From: Tricharina praecox
Lineage: Eukaryota
Length of the DNA stretch: 64,000 nucleotides
Direction of reading: 5' to 3'
Assembly: GCF_024521635.1 (NCBI RefSeq)
Contig: NW_026250409.1
Coordinates: 248,001-312,000 of the forward strand
The position numbers and the translations under genes were made by a program. The notes beneath the pieces were generated by a model, which saw only the letters and a program-made list of their open reading frames with translations, did no database searches and had not been told where the DNA came from. This document shows positions 53,801-64,000 of the stretch, in pieces. The stretch's first letter is position 1. Each line of letters opens with the position of its first letter.

Positions 53801-55719
53801 ACAAATGTACCTGCTCTAGATTCTAGAGTGCGCCCTCCATCGATCGTCATCCCGGCAGCGGGTGCGGAATAGACCATGATTCGCCGAAGAAGAGAGCGAG
53901 GAGAGACTGGAAAGTGGGGCGGAGTAGGAGAGCGAGAGCGAATCGATGGACCGGTTCTATGTTGGTCCGCGGCGGGGGGCACAACTTACAAGTCGTGAGA
54001 ATGCACACCTGGCTGGCTGGTTGTGGCTGGCTGGTGATGAATTCCAATGCGAGGAGAGGCGGCGGAGGAGTGAGATTTCTGACCACTCCATCCGTCCCTA
54101 CCGGAATGGGCATATCGTTGGAGTACGATACGGTACTGGCCGTGGACATTATCGCCATGGTCGGGCACCAGAACACAACACTCACCTTCACAGCGATCAC
54201 GGACATGCTCCGTATCATTTGTCTGGCCATTCTGCCTACCTATGTGCCTACCGTATACCGGGTGCATATAGTCCTCGTCGTCCACGGCCTTTGATGCTAT
54301 TGGCATCACTGGAGACCCGCAACGATGAGGGAGACGTCGAGCACTGGAGGGTCGTCACTCGTGACTCGTGAGCACTGAGCACTGAGCACTGAGAATCCGA
54401 CGAGTGCTTAGAATAGATGGCGGAGCGGAAACCTGAGAGTGACAGCAGTGACTTAGGCCGGTACGGTCCGTGGTCGTGGCCGTGGTCGTGGCCGTCGCCG
54501 TGACCGTGGCCGGCCATTGCTTCACGATCAATCGATCCTATGGCCACCCCGCATTCTCCGTCCCCGTGGCTCAGCACCCACACACACATCCCACACAAAA
54601 TCCCCCCCAATCGACGGCATCTCAGTGGGAATATGCTCTACCGACCAGTGTAGAGTAGACACACCAGGGCAGGGCAAGAGTAATCGTATCGTGACGGAGA
54701 GATCTGCTCTGCTATGCTATGTTAGATAGCGATTCGTCTATCCGTCCCTCCATCCACCCATCCACCCATCCGTCCATTCATCTATCACTTTCGTCCATCC
54801 TCCTCTCATCACCATCACCATCACCACCATCATCATCCCTCGCTTGAGCGTATCATATCGTCCGCCTCCTGCAAAGCTCTCGTTCTCTCTCCTAGACGGT
54901 GGCCGCCCCGCAAGCAAAGCAACACGGTTCGCCAACCCTACACTAAAATACCCACCCATACCTACCATACTCACCTACCTACCGCACCCATACCCATTCC
55001 CAACTTCCTTCCCAGCCAGCCAGCGCCCGTCCGTGTGTTCTTCACCTGTTTTAGCCGCCCCCGTTCCTGCAACCCCAGTCACCGCCATCTTTCCGTTCTG
55101 CTCCCCCCCCCAAATCCTCTCCCCCCCATCTCTCTTCCCTTCATTAACTTGCATCAGTCCACTCGCCCCCTCTCTCTTCGAGCTTTCTCTTCCCCTCCTC
55201 GTCCCCACTTTGCTTTGCGGTTCTGAAGTATAGGTGTACTTCTTCGCTTTCTTTGTGTTTTATTTTTTTATATTTACGTCTACGCGTCCAAGGAAACCGG
55301 TCTTTCTCTACGCTGTGACAACGGAAGGCAGGACCCTCCCCTTCGTTCCCTCAACAAGAATCAACTCCTCGTACACTATACACACCCCCCGAACCCACAA
55401 AACACCACGCTCGCTCTGCAACCTTGACGATTCGCGACAGCGCCCTGAGACCTGCGGTCACATTCTCCCCCTCTCCACCCCACAAAAAACTTACACACCA
55501 AACCCCCCGTTCATCGCATCAAACATCACCTTCATCGCCCTTTCTCCCCGGTGGATCCGACCCCGATTCGAAATCATATCGCCTAGTTTCCCTCAACTGC
55601 AGTAGCACCCTAGAAAACAGTTTCGTTGCTCTCCCTTTGGATCACAGCAGAGTCGACCTCCGCCTGGAATAGAACGCAAGAACGACAGAAAAGAAAAAAG
55701 ACTCGTACCATCCACAGCC

Positions 55720-57980
<2,261 letters not shown>

Positions 57981-58918
57981 GTGATGGGAAAAGGGTCGTG
58001 TCTGATTGTGTTTTCTTGATTTGCCTTACAGCGTATCTTTTGCAACATTTTTCTTGTGGGGTAGCGTTTATGAGGGGCTGGGCTTGGGGCTTACTTCTAT
58101 GTGCAGCTCAGGAGTGGGAGAAGGGGGGCTTTGCTATTACATATTGATTTGACGGATGGACGGTTTGGGTGGCTTGACTGTATCTGGGATTTTTTCTTTC
58201 TTCGTTTATACCCACCTCCTCTACAGTGAGGGAATTTCTTATGTCATTTGTACTTGTTCCATTTTTTTTTATGTTGGCTCGAATCCTTTAACTCCTCCCT
58301 TTTGGATGTGGTGCTCCCCATCTTCTGCATCCTCTCTAGTGGCGGTGTTAGTCTTGAGATTGATGAACTGGAGTTCTTTTTGGTGTTGGATTTGGGGGAT
58401 ATTAAAGGGTGGTGGGAGCTATCTATTTGTTTTTTTTTCCTCGGAGAGGACGATCCTCGCAGCAGCTTGCGGATTTCTGCACTTTTCGGTTCCCTTTTTT
58501 TTCTTCTTATGTTGGGTTTCGGCAGGCAGGCGGACAGGCGGGTTAGGTTGACAGGGAAACAAAAAATTCCTTTGTTCACTTCCATTTTTTCTTTTCCTTT
58601 TCCTTTCCCGTTTCTCTCTTCGTTTCTCTTTCTGCTCTTTTCTGCTCTTTTCTTTTTCTTATATATTCCTTTTTTCGTTTTTGTGTTTCTCTACTACTAT
58701 AGACTGGCTTTTCTCTTTTCTTTTCTTTTCTTGAGCTTTTCGTTCCGTTTCGATTCTGATTGATGAACATTTTCTTTTCTCTTTTGCGGTTGGTTGGTTG
58801 GTTGGTTTATGGTATCGATTGCGGATTTGGGCGGATTTTTTCTCTAGGATAGGATTGGATAGGGTAGGTACGCTGGGTAGGGTAGGGCAGGAAGGGCAGG
58901 AAGGATATGATGGCCCAA

Positions 58919-58970
58919 TGATTGGATTGGATTGGATTGGATTGGATTGGATTGGATTGGATTGGATTGG
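58919..58970 (+). repeat. (GATTG)n microsatellite
   Basis: Directly visible. Confidence 0.9.
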
Positions 58971-60453
58971 ATATTGGAATGGATACTTCTTAGGAAATGG
59001 GAACCGTTTTTCTTCACCCGCTTCCCATGATTGGGATGTTTCATTTGAGAATCGTGCAGTGCCGCCTATGTATGGTACTCTGCGCGCGCGCGGAAGGATA
59101 GGTACCTCGATACTCCAAATACATATCATGGAGAGAAATGAGGTGAGCAGACTCAGCAGAGTACCTGCCGCCGCTGCTGAGTAGAGTACGAGTTTACCGC
59201 TCGCCACGGACAGACCGAACATGGACAGAACCAGGCAGGCATCAACGCGACCAGGTTGTTCCTGGCGATTTTTTCCATTTCCTTCGCATCCCCCCGTCCA
59301 CCCATCGTCGCCGGAGCCCTGAAGAATTTCCGTTTCCGTTTCCGTGCGAAGACGGCCGGTCGGCTGGATGGAGTGGAGTACCTGGGTGGAGTCGGTGGGT
59401 TGGTTGGTTGGGAGGGAGGGAGGGGAGGCGGAAGGAGGGGAGAGGGGAGGGGCTGTGCACACAGACGATACAGACGGAAGAGCTGGACTGACGGGGCGCT
59501 GGTTGCATAGCTACGGTATCTACGATACTCTTCGCACATGGTTTGTTCTCCTCAGGTTCTTCACACGCGGCGACCACTCGCCGTTTTCCCCAGCTCACTG
59601 GTTGGCTGGCTGGTTGGTTGGCACTGGATGGCTGTTGCATTCGCCATTCGTTTCGGTAGACGGGAACAACAGACCAGAGCAGAAAGAACAGAAAGAACAG
59701 AAAAAGGAACTTCGACTTTCGACTTTCCACTTCCAGGAAGGAACGCGAAAAAAAAGTTGGGGGTGTTCTGTGGTGGCACATGATGGGATTCCTACGGATG
59801 GGGGATAGGTCGCTGGGGCACTGGGGCTTGGGACTATTTCCCGATGCGGGCGTTGCAACTTGCTGCTCGTCGACGAATCATGGTGCCGTTTGGGGGGTAT
59901 GCAGGGGATGCAGGGGGATCGCTGAAACAGTGGTGGGATGGGGACGGGGGGATGGGGGATGTGAGGAGTTGGTGCGGCCTGCGGCGGATAGGTGGGGTGG
60001 AGTGTCACGTTGGCGCACTCGCCACAGCTAGAGTACAGCCACCATCTGCCACCCGACGCCTGCGTATGGCGGGTGTCCGACGTCGACGTGAAGTGCCACT
60101 GAAGTACCTACGGTACTTTGTAGATGTGTGGTTATCGACGAGCGGCGGACCGGCGGCGGACGGTGTCTCCGGGCAGCAGCAGCCATGAGTCCATGACGCA
60201 CGCACGCAAGCAAGGGGAGGACTCGAGGAGGAGGACTCGAGGAGGAGAGAAACCGGCGCTTTTATGAATTATCGTGCTACCAGGTAGATATCATACATCT
60301 CTACCTGCACGCAAGGCGCATACCAAACATTATGCATCATCCACACACCACACACCGCACACCACACCACGTACCACCCACCACACCCCATTACCACCAC
60401 ACACCACACACCACACACCATACACACGCATATAAACACCACGCATAAATCAA

Positions 60454-61986
60454 TCAACCATGAAACAAAGTCCCAGCGCCCGCGATGTGTGCAACCAATT
60501 CGACATCCTCCAGCGAACCCCAGCATCCAATCACGTGGCCGGCACTGTCCCATTCCAGCTCGTGCACGCGGTTCCACCGATCAAGGAATAGGAATGTCCA
60601 CCAGAGCCCGCCGTAGGTCTCTCGAACGTCCGACGTGGATAGACCTTTGTAGTCTGCCGCGAAGACGAGGGGGGTGACGATGCCCTTGTGATTATCGTCA
60701 GTAAGGGAGGGAGGGAGGGAGGGGGGAGGGAGAGGGGAGGGAGGGAGGGAGGAGGGAGAGGGGAGGGAGGGAGGGAGGGTACTTACGACAGACTTTCCGT
60801 ACTCCTCGAGCGCCGGCGAGAGCATGTACTGCTCGTGCAGCGTCAGTCCGCGGGCGACCAGACATCGCTCCAAGTGCTCGATCTTGACGAGGTCGATCTG
60901 GGCCAACGGCGGAGAAGAGTCGCGGGCGGCCGCGAACGGGATGAGCGGGTATATTGGTCCGTCGAAGTCGCTTGGGCCGAGGCCGGCGATGTCGTATACC
61001 GCTGCCAGGTCGGACTTCGCGGGAACAGTCGCCAGGGTGTTTTGGCGACGGGTTGGCCCGAAGTTGAAGTCGTAAACCTTGTACGGCTCGACCCGGCTCA
61101 CCGGCTGCCTAGGGTAGAACTCCGGTGCTGGATGGGGAGGTCTCTGAGCGGCCTGTTCGAACCGCATCGGCATATGATCCTCGCTCCTCCAGTGGGTCTC
61201 GGTCATGAGTGCTTCCTCGGACGCTTCTGATCGCTGGTCGGTTTCCTCTGGATCGGTTTCCTCTGGATCGTAATCCGAAAAATCGTCATCCGTAATATCG
61301 CAACCCGAAAAATCGCAATCCCCTGGATCGTATTCCGACGATTCGGGGTATAAGAGACCGTACTGGGAATAGTCATCGTCTCTGTTGGCGTAGGCCATCT
61401 CCCAGCGGTTCATCATGCGTTGTTCGTCGATCGGGTCCCAAATGTCTCCGGTCACCGTGTCCTCTTCGAGTCCGCGTCGGAGTGATTCCTTCGGCATCAT
61501 CATGCGTTCTTTCTCGATTGGGTCCCAAGGCTCTCTGGATACCGTGTCCTCCTGGAGTCCGCGTTGGTGGGATTTCCTCTCCATCCTCATGCGTTGTTCC
61601 TCGATCGGGTCCCAGTGTCCTCTGATTGCCGTGTTCACTCGGAGTTTGGGTCGGGGGGATTCCCTCTCCATCCTCATGAGTTGTTCCTCGACCGGGTTCC
61701 AGTGACCTCTGGATACCGTGTCCTCCTGGTGTTCACGTAAGATGGATTCCCTCTCGATCCTCATGCGTTGTTCCTCGATCGGGTCCCAGTGTCCTCTGGT
61801 TGCTGTGTCCACACGGAACTTGGGTCGGATGGGTCCGTTCGACTTTGCCATGCGGTTCGCCCAAAGCTGGTAGGCGAGAACACGACTGGAAGACCTCTCG
61901 CCGACGGCGATATAGCTGATGTCCTCCTTATACTCGCGGTACATGGCCTTGTCCATGCGCTCTTGCTCGATTGGGTTCCAAGACAT
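60454..61986 (-). CDS. Orphan protein with five 29-aa WDPIEEQRM repeats and a globular C-terminal domain
   Basis: 510-codon ORF with ACAATCATG start context; probable in-frame intron 60685-60786 (GTAAGT...CTGAC...AAG). Confidence 0.75.
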   Translation of the reverse strand: MSWNPIEQERMDKAMYREYKEDISYIAVGERSSSRVLAYQLWANRMAKSNGPIRPKFRVDTATRGHWDPIEEQRMRIERESILREHQEDTVSRGHWNPVEEQLMRMERESPRPKLRVNTAIRGHWDPIEEQRMRMERKSHQRGLQEDTVSREPWDPIEKERMMMPKESLRRGLEEDTVTGDIWDPIDEQRMMNRWEMAYANRDDDYSQYGLLYPESSEYDPGDCDFSGCDITDDDFSDYDPEETDPEETDQRSEASEEALMTETHWRSEDHMPMRFEQAAQRPPHPAPEFYPRQPVSRVEPYKVYDFNFGPTRRQNTLATVPAKSDLAAVYDIAGLGPSDFDGPIYPLIPFAAARDSSPPLAQIDLVKIEHLERCLVARGLTLHEQYMLSPALEEYGKSVVSTLPPSLPSPSSLPPSPLPPPSLPPSLTDDNHKGIVTPLVFAADYKGLSTSDVRETYGGLWWTFLFLDRWNRVHELEWDSAGHVIGCWGSLEDVELVAHIAGAGTLFHG

Positions 61987-62039
61987 GATTGTCGTGTCTG
62001 TTGTTATGTTTGCTGGTAGATACCTGTGAAGGGGAAAGG

Positions 62040-62262
62040 GGAAAGATGAAGATTCGGTACGAACGGGGAAGATGGAGATATAGTACGAACGGGGAAGATG
62101 AAGATACCGTGGGAACGGGAAATATGAAGATTTAGTATGAACGGGGAAGATGAAGATTCAGTACGAACGGGGAAGATGAAGATTCAGAGATGAAGATTCA
62201 GAGATGAAGATACCATAGGAACAGTAAAGCCGAAGATTCAGTATGAGCCGGGAAAGATGAAG
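62040..62262 (+). repeat. 26-bp tandem array (GTACGAACGGGGAAGATGAAGATTCA) with 14-bp half units
   Basis: About 7 diverged units immediately upstream of the orphan repeat gene. Confidence 0.88.
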
Positions 62263-64000
62263 AAACAGCAGAAGCGGGGGCAAGATGAAGCATATATAAT
62301 CATGAACAGTCTGGCTTTTTCCTGTTGACTGCAGCGGGGCCGAAGTATATCGCAGGATCGATCCAGAACCTTGAGCATATTCGTAGCTGTTAGTCGGAGG
62401 GGGGGAGGCATCAGCCTTCACGATCTCGAATGCACCATCTGGAGAAGTTTTTTCTGCGCATGTGCTTCCTCTTCGGCTTTGAAGAACTGTAAATGTGGGT
62501 TTTTAACTTAAGGCTTCCTAAGGCTTCTTGTCTCTTCGAACTCGCCGGATCGTGGAGAGGCATCATGGTTAATCATTCGCACTGTGAGTTCTATGGCGAC
62601 GGTCTGGATCCACGATTAAGCACTATTGTCACTGTCGAGCAGAATTTGCATATGCTCTCGATGGTCAGGTGCAAGCAAGCCAGCGAAAAACTAGATATAC
62701 GGAATGTATGAACCGCAAAGATCTTCGAGCCGAAAAATTGACGTCCGATGGAATTGGAACACATGACACCGCCGACTCCACCACTACCACTGCCATAGCT
62801 AACTATCCCACAAGCACTCCATTCTTGCGGCGACGTTTAAGGTCCTCTAGACTCTAGCGGGCCGACGCCGTGTAGTGCCTATTTAAGGACGACGTTGGAC
62901 TCTGGAGGCCCTGCACACGCAGCAACCGTCCCGAGATCCGATCGGACTTTGGCCTAAGTACACTCACCATGCGCCCAAGCGCTCATGGACAGTGTACAGT
63001 GCACAGGGCTGTCGCTCAGCCCTGCAGCCCTGCAGGCTGCAGCGATGGAGCGCTTGCTGGGCGTCTATGTACTGTATGTACTCTACATACCGGTAGTAGC
63101 GCTTCTCTCCACTACGCCGATACCAACGACGGCTGGGCTGGGTAGAGAAAGCTCAGTTGGAAGTGATTACATAGCCTTCGCATAGCCTGCGCATGTGGCG
63201 AGGTGAGATTAAGGGATGGAAGGGAATCGATATTACATACAGGCGCTTGCTTTGATTTTTACATATGCAAGAGCTTAGAGGTCTCGTCGTTTCGTTTCGT
63301 TTCGTTGGCTGTGGATGATGCATCGGAGTGGTGTAAAATGACGGTTCGCAATGTTGGGATGCCCCCAGCTTGTTTTGGCGCCGGCGCTCAGGTGTCCTGG
63401 CCAATGATCGGACCAGTCGCCTTGTTGTTTATTCCCTGGACGTTGTGTTCACTGTCACGAGGCCGGCACTATTGATTACTATTGGTATGTATCATTCACT
63501 GGGAGCTGCGCATATACTTGCTTACCCAGCAACGTTGCTGGAGTTAAGTTTCGTCCGCTGCTGAAACTGGATCAGAAGATATCATCCCTAGGTACATACT
63601 CGCAACACCGATGTATATTTTCTATCGAATTATCTAGAGTAATTTTTGAGTTTGGAGCTCCGTTTCTGGGAAGCGGAGATGATCCTCATCCAGCGGAAAA
63701 TTGATATCGGCGACGTAAGTACTCTACTTAACGGTCGGTGACATTCCGTCACGTTCGCACCCAGCACACTCAGTATTTCGCTTTCTCGCCCCAGTCCTTT
63801 CGGTACTTACTTAGCCAGCCTTTAGGCTTTACCCCAGATGCAGATCAGATAAGGCGTATTCAAGAGCTTGGATGGATACGTGGTATGAAGTAAGTGCCCA
63901 CTGGGCGCTCAGCAGACCGACGTCGGCGATGAAAATTGTTTTCTCCTGGACTCATTGACATTGACATTGACATTGAAAATTTGACATTTACACATTTATA

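Noticed and set aside
43000..55600. Many 60-180 aa ORFs in the STE3-STE12 interval
   Set aside because: Low-complexity, microsatellite-derived translations with no family motifs
62040..62262. CRISPR-like appearance of the 26-bp array
   Set aside because: No unique spacers, no cas genes, eukaryotic context

Overview
Eukaryotic, intron-rich DNA from a filamentous ascomycete (short GT-AG introns with CTRAC branch points; Ste12 with C2H2 fingers). About 14 protein-coding genes are readable. In order they are a ribosome-biogenesis trio (LSG1, partial; LTV1; FCF2), HapE/HAP5, V-ATPase subunit f, a T5orf172/Mug113-domain protein, PPE1, a Myb-like hypothetical, a promethin-like protein, COQ8/ABC1, a DUF4203 membrane protein, RIM1, the pheromone receptor STE3 and STE12/SteA. 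An orphan 29-aa-repeat protein follows. The best hidden feature is a box C/D snoRNA (snR63/SNORD46-like) in FCF2 intron 2, carrying a second rRNA-complementary element. Also notable are the divergent STE3-STE12 pairing across ~15 kb with no recognisable gene, the orphan repeat protein with a 26-bp leader array, and two degenerate loci. I found no tRNA, rRNA, CRISPR array, MAT idiomorph gene or intact transposon. All calls come from reading motifs by eye; no searches were run.
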